24,204 nt of DNA from a virus (lineage: Duplodnaviria; Caudoviricetes). The DNA lies in the IMG/VR virus record IMGVR_UViG_3300010220_000142, positions 1 to 24,204 of that record; one strand, 5' to 3'. Below, piece after piece: positions 7,880-16,706 of this stretch; position 1 is the first letter of the stretch; each line of letters opens with the position of its first letter. The notes beneath the pieces are model-generated. The model worked only from the letters and a program-made list of their open reading frames with translations. It made no database searches and was not told where the DNA came from. Both the position numbers and the translations under genes were made by a program.

Positions 7880-7888
7880 GGGGTGTTC

Positions 7889-8749
7889 TCAGACGATGGA
7901 GGAGCCGCCGAAGGGATTGCGGCCGGGGATCTCGGGAAAGCCGCCGAAACTCGCCAGATTGCCGAACTTGGCCGCACAGGTGGCGGCGCGCAGATCGCAG
8001 CCGGGGGCGATATCGGCGAGGACGGGCAGTGGGTCACCGGTCACCGGATCAAGATCGGGGGCGGCCAGCGCCGCAGCCAGCTCCGGCATCGGTCGGGACA
8101 GGGTCAGCACCGCCCCGGCATGGCCGGTGATGAAGCCGAGCTGCGCATCGAGGCGCAGCACGCCGCCGCGGAACCAGCCGTCGGGGTGTCCTGCCGCCTC
8201 CGGGATGGTCAGGGCATTGCCCGAGACGGCCGTCACCGTGCCGGTCTGCCAGTGATGGGCGATCTCGAGGCCGCAGCCGCGACCGTAGAGCGCATGGCGG
8301 CAGAGCCGCTGGTACTTCGCCCTGACCCCGGCCCGGCGCAGGGTGCTGAAGACGGATTCACAGGTGAGAAGGATCCGCACCCCCTCGACTTCCGCCCCGA
8401 CGACGCGGCCCTTCCAATGCGCCACGGTCTCGCCCAGCACCTGTTCATGGCCACGGAAGATGGTCAGCGTCACCGGCATATTGCCCATGGGCGAGAGAAA
8501 CCGCCGCGCGAAGGGATGCGACAGCGGCCAGGTCAGTTCCAGCCGCCCGCGCTCGATCTCGCTCGTCTGCACCACATCGCCATGGGCCACCGCCGCAGCC
8601 TCCCAGGCGATCGTCCCGCCGCCGCTGCCCGCGCTCAGCCAGTCCGTGGCCCGGCTGGTGAAGCGCCAGAGCTGATCGCCCTCGATGAACTGGTAGAGGT
8701 AATAGGGGCGGCCCTCGGCGGTGGAGCCCTCGATGCTGGCGTAGGTCAT
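7889..8749 (-). CDS. Phage BR0599-family tail protein (lambda gpL-like, probable Fe-S cluster)
   Basis: Start MTYASIE at 8749 (ATGA overlap). Four Cys in CRHALYGRGC and PGCDLRAATCAAKFGNLASFGGFPEIP. Confidence 0.85.
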   Translation of the reverse strand: MTYASIEGSTAEGRPYYLYQFIEGDQLWRFTSRATDWLSAGSGGGTIAWEAAAVAHGDVVQTSEIERGRLELTWPLSHPFARRFLSPMGNMPVTLTIFRGHEQVLGETVAHWKGRVVGAEVEGVRILLTCESVFSTLRRAGVRAKYQRLCRHALYGRGCGLEIAHHWQTGTVTAVSGNALTIPEAAGHPDGWFRGGVLRLDAQLGFITGHAGAVLTLSRPMPELAAALAAPDLDPVTGDPLPVLADIAPGCDLRAATCAAKFGNLASFGGFPEIPGRNPFGGSSIV

Positions 8750-9930
8750 TCGGAAACTCCCACGACTGGCAGGGTCAATTCGCTCGCCACGGCCCCATGG
8801 CGGGTCTCCAGGCGATCGGCATCCGAGCGCACCAGCACCAGGAAATGCACCTTCGTGCTGATGGCCACCGGCTCGCCAAGGCTGGAGGACAGCGTCAGCC
8901 GATGATCGGCACCCTCCGCGACGGCGGCGGTGATGGTGCGGAAGCGCAACCCGCCCGGCATCTCGAGCATGATCGCGCGCCCGACATAGGCGGCCAGTTC
9001 GGCAACCGGCACCACCCGCATCAGCGTGGAGCCCGAGGTCATGGCGACGCGCAGCTGCAGTTCGCGACCCCAGCTCGGCAGCCAGAAGCTGGTTTGCCTG
9101 CCGCGCAGTGACCACAGCCAGCGCCGCAAGGCCCAGCGTTCGGCAGCGCCTTGCGCCTTCAGAGTGATCGCCTCGCCGCGCTCGAAGACGTCCCGCAGCG
9201 GCTCGACCATCACGGGGCCGAAGCCGGTGTCGACATATTCGACGGCGCGGCGCAGGGTTGTGGTGATCGGCGCCCGGATCAGGCCCGGATCGGTCTGCAC
9301 CGGGCGGCCGAGGTAGACCGGCAGCACAGGCGCGGTGAGATCGGGGCTGTCGCGCAAGAGGAAGCTCGCGGTGATCACGCCGTCATTCTGGCGGCGGCGG
9401 CTGATCTCGATGGCCGAGGTTAGCACGCCGGCGCGGATTGGGGCGACCGTGACTCGTCGCGCCGTGACCGTGGCTGCGGGCAGTTGCGGCCCCAGCGGCT
9501 CGGCCAGCACCAGCCGGTCGGGCTGCACGCTGGCGATCGCGGCCAGGGAGGCCTCGCCGCCATCCACCGCGATACCCACGGCCGCCCCCGCCCGGAAATC
9601 CGCCACGCCCGTATCGACGATGATCTCCACCGCCCCCTGCGCCAGATCGGCATCCGGCTGCACCGCCATCTGCCAGAGCGGCACCTGCCACTCCCCCGTG
9701 AACCCGGCGCGCACCAGTTCCGCCGCCCGCGCCAGCCCGAGCGCATCGCAGCGATGCTGCAAGGTCACGATCTCGCGCGGCCGGGCGCGCAGGGCGATGC
9801 GCTGCTCACCGCCGCGGGCCTGCAACACATCGGTGCGTGCTTCCAGCACTTCGGTGATCTCCTGTGCGGCCGGGAACGGCCAGAGCGGCGGCGGGTCCTC
9901 CATTGGCAGTGGGCCTCCCACTTCAGGCAT
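8746..9930 (-). CDS. Distal tail/baseplate hub virion protein
   Basis: Directly downstream of the tape measure gene with an 8-nt overlap. EVLEARTDVL..GEQRIALR and LRGRQTSFWLPSW motifs; two similar halves. Confidence 0.7.
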   Translation of the reverse strand: MPEVGGPLPMEDPPPLWPFPAAQEITEVLEARTDVLQARGGEQRIALRARPREIVTLQHRCDALGLARAAELVRAGFTGEWQVPLWQMAVQPDADLAQGAVEIIVDTGVADFRAGAAVGIAVDGGEASLAAIASVQPDRLVLAEPLGPQLPAATVTARRVTVAPIRAGVLTSAIEISRRRQNDGVITASFLLRDSPDLTAPVLPVYLGRPVQTDPGLIRAPITTTLRRAVEYVDTGFGPVMVEPLRDVFERGEAITLKAQGAAERWALRRWLWSLRGRQTSFWLPSWGRELQLRVAMTSGSTLMRVVPVAELAAYVGRAIMLEMPGGLRFRTITAAVAEGADHRLTLSSSLGEPVAISTKVHFLVLVRSDADRLETRHGAVASELTLPVVGVSE

Positions 9931-12337
9931 TGATCGCCCCCCGGTTGCGGCGGATGACGTTCAGGATCGCCCGCTCGCCCGAGGGCGTGGCGAGATAGTC
10001 GCCGACCACCGAAGGATCGAGCACGTTGATGATCCGCGTCGACATCGAAGATGCCGCGGCCGCGCCATCGCCATTCATCTCCACCCCGAGCCTGCCACCC
10101 TTGCCGCGGCGCAGGGGCAGGATGGCCTCCGGCCCGGCCTCTCCCATGAGACCGATGCCCCGCGAGAACGGAAACACCACCGGCCGGTTCACCACGCCAC
10201 CCCGGGCGAAGGCGGTCAGCTCCGCCCCCCCGGCGAAAACTCCGCCCGTCGCAAAGCCGAAAAGGCGCGCAAGAAAGCCACCACCGCCGGCGCCGCCGCC
10301 GGAGAAGGCGTTGATCAGGGCATTTTCGATCGGCTTGAAGGCGAGATCGATCAGACGGGTGGCGAGGTTCTGGGCGATGCGCGAGATCGCACTGGCGAAT
10401 GTCTCCCAGGTGAACTCACCCGAGGTCAGCGCCTCCTTGATCGGGCCGGTGATGTCCTGTGCCAGCGCCTGCGCCATCTCGCGCGACTTCTCCTGCGCCT
10501 TGCGCACCGCTTCCGCGGCCTTCTCCCAGCCCTTGCGGGCCTCATCCGCCCCTTCGCGCTGCGCCTTGCCCGCGCCGCGTCCGGCAGTGCCGGTGCCCTC
10601 GAGGGCGGTGTCGAGATCACTCGCGGCAGCGCGGGCCCCGTCGAGACCGGAGGTTGCTTCGCGTCCCGATGCGGAAACCGCGGCCCCCAGCGCGGCCAGG
10701 GATTGCAGGGGCGCGGTGGCGGCGGTCGCAACCTCGCCCATCAGGGCCCGCAGCTCGGCGGCTTCCCCCCGGGCGGCTTCGGTTGCGGCATTGAGGCCGA
10801 GATCGGGCGGGGTGATCGGGCTGCCGGAAAAGGCGGCCTCGAAGGCGGCGCGCGCCTCGGTCCCGGCATTGGCGGCGGCGCCTGCGAAGGGATTGTCGAT
10901 CCGGCCAAGCTCCAGCGTGCCGATCAGCGGGATGCGCTTGTCGATGCCGAGGCCTTCGAGACCGGCATTGATCCCTTCGAGGAAGCCGTCGATGCGCGAG
11001 GCCACCCCGTTCAGCATTGCCTCGACCCCGGCGATCAGGGCATTCGCCGCCTGGAAGGTGAAATCCCCGATGGCACCGGGCAGCGCAGCCCAGAGCACCT
11101 TGATCGCATCGAACGCCCCCTGAAACGTGCTCAGCACTGCATTCCCGAAGCCGACCACCGCCTCGAGCGCGGTCTGCAGCGCCGCGGTGATCACGGCCTT
11201 GATCTCGGCCCAGCTGGCCATGATCGCCAGCCCCATGGCCACGGCACCCAGCTTCATGCGCTCCCAGACTTCGCGGGCAAGATCGCCAAGGAGCGAGAGG
11301 GCATTGCCGAGCCCGCCCGCGCCCTTCACCAGCTGGCCGAACTGGTAGATCAGCTCACCGGCCGCGACGATCAGCGCGCCGATGCCGGTGCGGATGATGG
11401 CACCACGCAGGAGGGTGAGGGCGGCGGAGAGCGTGAACGTGGCGGTGCGGGCGGCGATGAAGGCTGCGACCCAGCGCCCGGCCATGAACCCGGCGAAGGC
11501 GATGCCGATGGCGGCGAGGCGTTCCAGATTGTCGGCCAGGAAGATCAATGCCTGGGCCACGGTCGAGGAGGCACCGAGGATCTGATCCCAGATCCCGACC
11601 AACTGCAGCGCGGCATTGCCGATCAGGGTGAAGGCATCGCCGATGGTGGCGGGCATGCTGTCGGCTTCCTCGCGCAGGAGGTCGAGATTGCCGACGAGCG
11701 CGCTCCGGATCACCTCACCGGTGATCGCGCCTTGCTGGCCAAGCGCGCGCAGGCCGGAAACCGTGGTGCCAAGCTCCGCTGCCAGCAGTTCGGCCAGCCG
11801 GCCACCGCTCTGGATCACGGTGTTGAGGTTGTCGCCGCTGAGCTTGCCCAGCGCCATCGCCTTGGAGAGCGCGTTCGAGACCGAGGCCGCGCGTTCGGCC
11901 CGGGCGCCGGAGACCACCATGGCGTTGTTCAGCGCCTCCGTGAAATCCAGGCTCTCCTGCGTCGACATTCCCAGTTCTCGCAGTGCCGTGGCATTGGCGA
12001 GCCAGGACTCCGCGGTCTGGCCGAGGCTCGAATAGGTCCGCCGCGCCATCGAGGCGAGCCGGTCCATGACGGCAGCACCGGCTTCCTGGCTGCCGGTGGC
12101 CAGATCGACCCGCGAGCGCAGGTCGGTCCATTGATCGGCATAGGCCACGATCTGGCGCACACTGATCGCGGCGCCGAGCACGCCCATGACCCGGCGCACC
12201 ACTGCGCCGGTGATGTCGGCCTGGCGCTCGATCCGGCGGAAATTCTGCTCGCCCGCATCGCCGATGCCCTGAAACTCCGCCTTCACCTGCCGGCCGCCCT
12301 CGGCGACCAGCCGGACAGAGATGCGCTTCTGGGTCAT
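9923..12337 (-). CDS. Tail tape measure protein (804 aa)
   Basis: Start MTQKRISVRLVAEGG. Ala/Gly-rich helical protein with a tape-measure N-terminal domain, central hydrophobic segments and C-terminal FARGGVV...GLMGEAGPEAILPL. Confidence 0.92.
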   Translation of the reverse strand: MTQKRISVRLVAEGGRQVKAEFQGIGDAGEQNFRRIERQADITGAVVRRVMGVLGAAISVRQIVAYADQWTDLRSRVDLATGSQEAGAAVMDRLASMARRTYSSLGQTAESWLANATALRELGMSTQESLDFTEALNNAMVVSGARAERAASVSNALSKAMALGKLSGDNLNTVIQSGGRLAELLAAELGTTVSGLRALGQQGAITGEVIRSALVGNLDLLREEADSMPATIGDAFTLIGNAALQLVGIWDQILGASSTVAQALIFLADNLERLAAIGIAFAGFMAGRWVAAFIAARTATFTLSAALTLLRGAIIRTGIGALIVAAGELIYQFGQLVKGAGGLGNALSLLGDLAREVWERMKLGAVAMGLAIMASWAEIKAVITAALQTALEAVVGFGNAVLSTFQGAFDAIKVLWAALPGAIGDFTFQAANALIAGVEAMLNGVASRIDGFLEGINAGLEGLGIDKRIPLIGTLELGRIDNPFAGAAANAGTEARAAFEAAFSGSPITPPDLGLNAATEAARGEAAELRALMGEVATAATAPLQSLAALGAAVSASGREATSGLDGARAAASDLDTALEGTGTAGRGAGKAQREGADEARKGWEKAAEAVRKAQEKSREMAQALAQDITGPIKEALTSGEFTWETFASAISRIAQNLATRLIDLAFKPIENALINAFSGGGAGGGGFLARLFGFATGGVFAGGAELTAFARGGVVNRPVVFPFSRGIGLMGEAGPEAILPLRRGKGGRLGVEMNGDGAAAASSMSTRIINVLDPSVVGDYLATPSGERAILNVIRRNRGAINA

Positions 12338-12380
12338 GGGGAGGGGTTCCTGAACGGGGCGGGACGAGGCTTCGGATCGG

Positions 12381-12742
12381 TCAAGGGAGCAACCGGTCGT
12401 CACCGGCCCTCTGTTCATTGAACTTGCGCACCATCACGGCCTCGATCTCGGGCAGGCATTCGGCGGCGATCAGCGGATCGAGCCCCAGCGCTTGCGCCAT
12501 GGCCAGTGCCGCCGTCATGTCCCAGCCGAGCACTGTGGCACCGCCCGGGCCGGTCGCGACGCGCAACTGCCCGGTCAGGCGCAGGGTGAGATCCCAGACC
12601 TGCCAGCCTTCCTGCGTCTCGGGGCGGTTCAGCCGTGCCGGGCAGTCCGGGCAGGCTTGGTCGCGGCCCTCGTAGGGCTGGCAGGCCTGGCAGTAGCGCT
12701 CGCCCCCGCCGAGCCACCATTCGGCAAGGGCGATGAGACGTT
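12381..12742 (-). CDS. gpT-like -1 frame extension of the tail assembly chaperone (gpGT-like fusion of ~234 aa starting at 13084)
   Basis: The -1 frame reads KRLIALAEWW..YCQAC..CPDCP..GWQVWDL..LGWDM..LPEIEAVMV. It is entered at the A-tract and ends just before the tape measure gene. Confidence 0.8.
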
Positions 12743-13084
12743 TTTTTCCTGCTCCAGCATCAGATGCGGCGCAAGGCAGCGGGTCTGGAAGGCCTCGAAG
12801 ATGGGCCAGATGTCGAGAAGCGCGTCGATGCCATCGGGCGTGACCGGCACAGGATCGCCATTCGCATCGCCGACGCCCTCCCAAGCAGTGACCACGCGGC
12901 GGGCGACAGCCCTGGCCATCACCAGCGCCTGTTCCTCCTTGCTCGCCGTCCCGGGCAGCGCCTCGACGGCCGGGTCGTTGCGCGCGGCAACCATCACAGC
13001 GGTGGTCACCGGCAGGACCTGCAGGCACAGGCCGGAGCCGAGATCGAGCCAGCGTGGCCCGGCGGAAAGATCGAGACGGATCAT
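12629..13084 (-). CDS. Tail assembly chaperone (gpG-like)
   Basis: MIRLDLSAGPRWLDL...WEGVGDANGDPVPVTP, located between tail tube and tape measure; contains EQEKN at the slippery site. Confidence 0.85.
   Translation of the reverse strand: MIRLDLSAGPRWLDLGSGLCLQVLPVTTAVMVAARNDPAVEALPGTASKEEQALVMARAVARRVVTAWEGVGDANGDPVPVTPDGIDALLDIWPIFEAFQTRCLAPHLMLEQEKNVSSPLPNGGSAGASATARPASPTRAATKPARTARHG
12740..12748 (-). other. Programmed -1 ribosomal frameshift site GAA AAA AAC
   Basis: Seven A's (t-run at 12741-12747 on +) give an in-frame A AAA AAC heptamer (X XXY YYZ). The -1 frame is open to 12381. Confidence 0.85.
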
Positions 13085-13086
13085 GA

Positions 13087-14031
13087 TCAATAGTCCTCGA
13101 TGTCGTTGACGAGAAGGGCAGTGCACATCCGCCCCAGGGTGCTGTCGCGGGCGGCCTGCCAGTCGAAGCTGGCCTGGATGCCCTGCGGCCCCGGGATCTC
13201 GATGCGCGGGCGCGGCAGATAGACCGCATGCGCGGTGAAGCTGAAGCTCTCCCCCGAGGGCAGGCTGTAGGAGAAGGTGAGAGCGCAAGGATCGCCCGCG
13301 ATAGCCTGGTTCACCAGGACCTGATCGGCAAAGCGCACCTCGATCTTGCCGGTCAGCGCCGCGATGGACGGGTCCGCCCCATCGATGCGGCCGTCCGAGC
13401 GGATGGTCTCGACCCGGTCGAGGGTGTTGGCATAGGTGATCTCGGCCGAGATGATATTGCCAAGGCTGACGCCATTGCGGGTGATCGCCCCGTTGAAATG
13501 CCCGAAGCGCCGGAGTTCGAGGTCGGCGGGCGTCCCCGCGGCCGAGGTGCCGGCAATGGTCTCGCCCTGTGCGACCAGGCTTGCCGTTGCCGTCAGCAGG
13601 CCTGAGCGCTGCATCTGCCAGGAGAGCGTATCCAGCACGCAGCCGGAATACATCGCGAACCGCGGCACCTCGGGCATGGCGGTCTCGATCGACAGGCTGG
13701 GCAGCGACCAGGCGCCGGAGCGGAACTCATGGCTGAACGGGCCCGGTGCGGTGCCGGTGGTGATCGGTGCCCCGAAGGCGGCCTTCAGCCAGAAGCCGAA
13801 GGCCTCGGCATCGATCGGCACCACCACATTGCCGTCGGCGGTCAGCGCATCCTTGATCGGCGCCAGCGGGTCGCGGCCGTAGCCCAGCAGTTCCGAGTTC
13901 AGGAGCGGTTGCTCGGAGCCCAGCGTGGTGCTGGCAAAGGGCATCCGGGTGAAGCCGCTCGCGGGCGGCGTGCCATAGGTGGTCTCGAAGCCGAGCGCAA
14001 TCTGCGCCCGCGCCCCTTGCGCGCGTGCCAT
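13087..14031 (-). CDS. Major tail tube protein
   Basis: MARAQGARAQIALGFETTYGTPP...LYLP-like VYLPRPRIEIPGPQGIQASFDWQAA; GAAAGGA RBS upstream; position before the chaperones. Confidence 0.85.
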   Translation of the reverse strand: MARAQGARAQIALGFETTYGTPPASGFTRMPFASTTLGSEQPLLNSELLGYGRDPLAPIKDALTADGNVVVPIDAEAFGFWLKAAFGAPITTGTAPGPFSHEFRSGAWSLPSLSIETAMPEVPRFAMYSGCVLDTLSWQMQRSGLLTATASLVAQGETIAGTSAAGTPADLELRRFGHFNGAITRNGVSLGNIISAEITYANTLDRVETIRSDGRIDGADPSIAALTGKIEVRFADQVLVNQAIAGDPCALTFSYSLPSGESFSFTAHAVYLPRPRIEIPGPQGIQASFDWQAARDSTLGRMCTALLVNDIEDY

Positions 14032-14069
14032 ATCCGTCATCCTTTCCGCTGTTTCTACCGGCGCGCGCC

Positions 14070-14099
14070 TTGTCCTGCCGCAGCCTCTTCGGCCATCAT
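14070..14099 (+). promoter_or_regulatory. Putative sigma70 promoter for the nuclease cassette, possibly giving a leaderless mRNA
   Basis: TTGTCC (14070-75), 18 nt, CATCAT (14094-99); ATG lies 7 nt after the -10 box with no Shine-Dalgarno. Confidence 0.35.
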
Positions 14100-14105
14100 C
14101 GGGTG

Positions 14106-14522
14106 ATGATGGCTCGTGTTTCCCGGCGCAGCGCGCTTTCCGCCCTTCTCCTTGCAGCGCTTTCCGCCCTGCAGCCTGCCTCTCCTGCCGAGGCCCGTCA
14201 GGAGGCGGTGCTCGAGGCCAGGGTCTCGAAGATCCTCGATGGCGACACCTTCACCCTCAGCGGTGTCTCGCGCCGGATCAGGGTCTGGGGCCTCGATGCC
14301 CCGGAAAAGAACCAGCCGGGCGGCTCGGCCGCCACGGCCACAATGCGCAGCCTGATCTCTGGCAAGACCTTGCGCTGCCAGATCCGCGATATGGATCGCT
14401 ATGGCCGCCATGTCGCCCAGTGCTTCCTGCCCGATGGCCGCGACATTGCCGCAGAGATGATCCGTGCAGGCGTCGCCACCGAATACTGCCGCTATTCGAG
14501 GAACTATTACGGCACCTGCTGA
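14106..14522 (+). CDS. Exported thermonuclease (staphylococcal nuclease-like) family protein
   Basis: Motifs ILDGDTF, IRVWGLDAPE and DRYGR. Signal peptide with SRRSAL (twin-Arg-like), an h-region and an AEA cleavage site. Confidence 0.88.
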   Translation: MMARVSRRSALSALLLAALSALQPASPAEARQEAVLEARVSKILDGDTFTLSGVSRRIRVWGLDAPEKNQPGGSAATATMRSLISGKTLRCQIRDMDRYGRHVAQCFLPDGRDIAAEMIRAGVATEYCRYSRNYYGTC

Positions 14523-14566
14523 GGGCCTATGATGCAGAGCATGTCATCGGGAGGATCAGCTGCAGC

Positions 14567-14785
14567 ATGATCGAAGGCATCCTCGCGGCGCTCCTCATAC
14601 TGGCAGCCCTGTACTTCGCCCTCTGGCTGTTCATTCTGCTGCCCGCCGAGATGGCAGAGGCGAGAGGGCGAAGCACTTTCGGCTGGGTTCTTGTGAGCCT
14701 CTTCTGCTCGCCGTTTCTGGCCGTGTTCCTGCTCTGGTTGATCGGTGACCACCCTGATCTGGCCAGCCACGAAGACAGCGACTGA
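14567..14785 (+). CDS. Small two-TM membrane protein (72 aa), superinfection-immunity-like
   Basis: MIEGILAALLILAALYFALWLFILLPAEMAEARGRSTFGWVLVSLFCSPFLAVFLLWLIG; GGGAGG upstream. The function is inferred. Confidence 0.7.
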   Translation: MIEGILAALLILAALYFALWLFILLPAEMAEARGRSTFGWVLVSLFCSPFLAVFLLWLIGDHPDLASHEDSD

Positions 14786-14815
14786 ACCCTGCAGTCTGGC
14801 TGCGCAGCATCGGTG

Positions 14816-15235
14816 TCAGGCGAGCGGATCGGCCGTCGTATAGTGCAGCATTACCGGGATCACCGCCGCCTTCAGGCTGGCAACACCCTCCACCGGCAGA
14901 TCGACCGGCTGCGGGGCTTCCGCCACGACCCAGTCACAAAGCCCGCCGAGCGTGCGATCAGTGGCGAGCGCCGTGCCGATGCTGGCGCAGAGTGTGTCGA
15001 AGGCGGTGTCACGGCCCGTGCCCTGAACCACGGCCTCGATCTCGGCGCGGTGCTGGTAGTGATAGCGCAGGGGCGACAGCGTCACCTCCGGCTCGCCCGG
15101 CTCGCCGTCGCGTAGGATCAAGAGGCCTGCGGCCGGCACGCGTTCCGGCAGCACCTCGCCGCGCAGGGCGGTGGCGGGTAACGCCAAAAGCCGCGTGTGC
15201 AGCGCGGCGAGGATGGCCTCGCGGGTAGTGGGCAT
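14816..15235 (-). CDS. Tail terminator (gpU-like) protein
   Basis: MPTTREAILAAL...LILRDGEPGEPEVTLSPLRYHYQHRAEIE...DRTLGGLCDWV; positioned between the neck gene and the tail tube. Confidence 0.75.
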   Translation of the reverse strand: MPTTREAILAALHTRLLALPATALRGEVLPERVPAAGLLILRDGEPGEPEVTLSPLRYHYQHRAEIEAVVQGTGRDTAFDTLCASIGTALATDRTLGGLCDWVVAEAPQPVDLPVEGVASLKAAVIPVMLHYTTADPLA

Positions 15236-15344
15236 TGCTCAGCGTCTTCCTGTTCCAACAATTGCCCTGCACACATCGCTCTGGGCGAGTGCTGCAGCGG
15301 CTATTTGCTGAATTTCCATCATTGGGTCGGGTCTTTTGTCGGTG

Positions 15345-15371
15345 TGAACCGCTCCGGGTTTGCCGGAGGCT
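15345..15371 (+). repeat. IS left inverted repeat
   Basis: tgaaccgctccgggtttgccggaggct. Confidence 0.95.
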
Positions 15372-15397
15372 CCAACTCCTGAGTAGGATGGAGCATC

Positions 15398-15721
15398 ATG
15401 AGCAAGACAACGAACAAGTTTTCCCCTGAAGTGCGCGAACGCGCCGTGCGTCTGGTCCTCGACAATGAGGGGCAGCATGGATCGCGCTGGCAGGCGGTGA
15501 TGTCGATCTCGGCGAAGATCGGCTGCGCGCCGCAGACCCTGAATGACTGGGTCAAGAAGGCCGAGGTCGATAGCGGCAAGCGTCCGGGCGTCTCGAGCGA
15601 GATGGCCGAGCGAATGAAGGCGCTGGAACGCGAGAACCGCGAACTGCGCCAGGCGAACGACATATTGCGCAAGGCATCAGCGTATTTTGCGATGGCGGAG
15701 TTCGACCGCCGGTCGAAGTGA
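15398..15721 (+). CDS. IS3-family transposase OrfA (HTH plus leucine zipper)
   Basis: [13 protein letters not shown]...[12 protein letters not shown]...[23 protein letters not shown]. Confidence 0.93.
   Translation: MSKTTNKFSPEVRERAVRLVLDNEGQHGSRWQAVMSISAKIGCAPQTLNDWVKKAEVDSGKRPGVSSEMAERMKALERENRELRQANDILRKASAYFAMAEFDRRSK
15685..15717 (+). other. IS3 -1 frameshift signal: T TTT followed by a pseudoknot
   Basis: TAT TTT in the orfA frame, then GGCGG/CCGCC and TTCGAC/GTCGAA complementary pairs, as in IS3411-type elements. Confidence 0.7.
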
Positions 15722-16626
15722 TGGTCAAATTCATCGATGACCATCGCGGTGCGCATGGGGTCGAACCGATCTGCGAGATGCTGCCGATTGCCCCTGCCAC
15801 CTATTATGAGCATCGTGCCAAGCGTGCCGATCCGGCGCGACTGTCAGATCGTGCCAAGAGAGATGAGGCGCTTCGCTCCGAGATCCGGCGCGTTTTCGAT
15901 GCGAACTGGCAGGTCTACGGCGTGCGCAAGATCTGGCGGCAGTTACGCCGTGAGGGCTTTGATGTGGCACGCTGCACGGTGGCCCGGCTGATGAAGAGCA
16001 TGGGGATTCAGGGCATTATCCGCGGCAAGCCGCAGAAGACGACGGTTCCGGACAAGAAGCTGCCGTGTCCGCTGGACAAGGTGAACCGCCAGTTTCGTGT
16101 GCCAGCGCCCAACATGTTGTGGGTGTCCGATTTCACCTACGTCGCCACCTGGAAAGGGTTCGTGTATGTCGCATTTGTCATCGACGCCTATGCCCGACGC
16201 ATCGTCGGCTGGCGCGTCAGCACCTCCCCTCATGCCGGGTTCGTTCTCGATGCCCTCGAACAGGCCGTCCATGAACGTCGTCCGGTCAAGGGGATGGGAC
16301 TGGTTCACCACAGCGACCGCGGCAGCCAGTATCTGTCAATCAAATACACCGAACGGCTGGCCGAAGCAGGCATCGAACCCTCGGTCGGAAGCGTCGGTGA
16401 CAGTTACGACAACGCCCTAGCCGAGACGATCAACGGCCTGTTCAAGGCTGAGGTCATCCATCGTCGCGGGCCCTGGCGCAGCTTCGAGGCCGTCGAATAC
16501 GCAACCCTCGAATGGGTCGACTGGTTCAACAACCGCCGCCTGCTCGAGCCCATCGGGAACATCCCGCCCGCAGAGGCCGAAGCAAACTACTACGCAGCTC
16601 TGGAAACTGAAGCCATGGCAGCGTAA
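15718..16626 (+). CDS. IS3-family transposase OrfB (DDE integrase core)
   Basis: DDE motifs [17 protein letters not shown] and [10 protein letters not shown]. Confidence 0.95.
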   Translation: MMVKFIDDHRGAHGVEPICEMLPIAPATYYEHRAKRADPARLSDRAKRDEALRSEIRRVFDANWQVYGVRKIWRQLRREGFDVARCTVARLMKSMGIQGIIRGKPQKTTVPDKKLPCPLDKVNRQFRVPAPNMLWVSDFTYVATWKGFVYVAFVIDAYARRIVGWRVSTSPHAGFVLDALEQAVHERRPVKGMGLVHHSDRGSQYLSIKYTERLAEAGIEPSVGSVGDSYDNALAETINGLFKAEVIHRRGPWRSFEAVEYATLEWVDWFNNRRLLEPIGNIPPAEAEANYYAALETEAMAA

Positions 16627-16638
16627 CTAATGTCAATC

Positions 16639-16665
16639 AGCCTCCGGCAAACCCGGAGCGGTTCA
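16639..16665 (-). repeat. IS right inverted repeat
   Basis: agcctccggcaaacccggagcggttca, the exact reverse complement of 15345-15371. Confidence 0.95.
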
Positions 16666-16706
16666 GTGTCAGGGTTGAATGCGTTCGGTCGCCGAACGTT
16701 CGAGCT

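Larger units (their letters stand above)
15345..16665 (+). mobile_element. Complete IS3-family insertion sequence (IS51/IS3411-like group), 1321 bp
   Basis: TG...CA ends, perfect 27-bp terminal inverted repeats, 3-bp target duplication GTG (15342-44 and 16666-68), orfA/orfB in -1 phase. Confidence 0.95.

Noticed and set aside
9335-12421. 1028-aa plus-strand ORF
   Set aside because: Antisense shadow of the tape measure and hub genes; low-complexity Arg/Gly/Ala sequence.
14816-15235. Metabolic enzyme label (acyl-CoA transferase) that I recall being attached to this family
   Set aside because: Too short, no CoA-transferase motifs, and synteny indicates a tail terminator.
15239-15344. Possible gene disrupted by the IS (short frame [14 protein letters not shown]...)
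   Set aside because: The reconstructed empty site gives only a 27-codon ATG-started ORF with no clear RBS or motif, so it is treated as intergenic.
16682-16698. Small hairpin cgttcgg-tcg-ccgaacg after the moron stop
   Set aside because: 7-bp stem with no U-tract; too weak to call a terminator.
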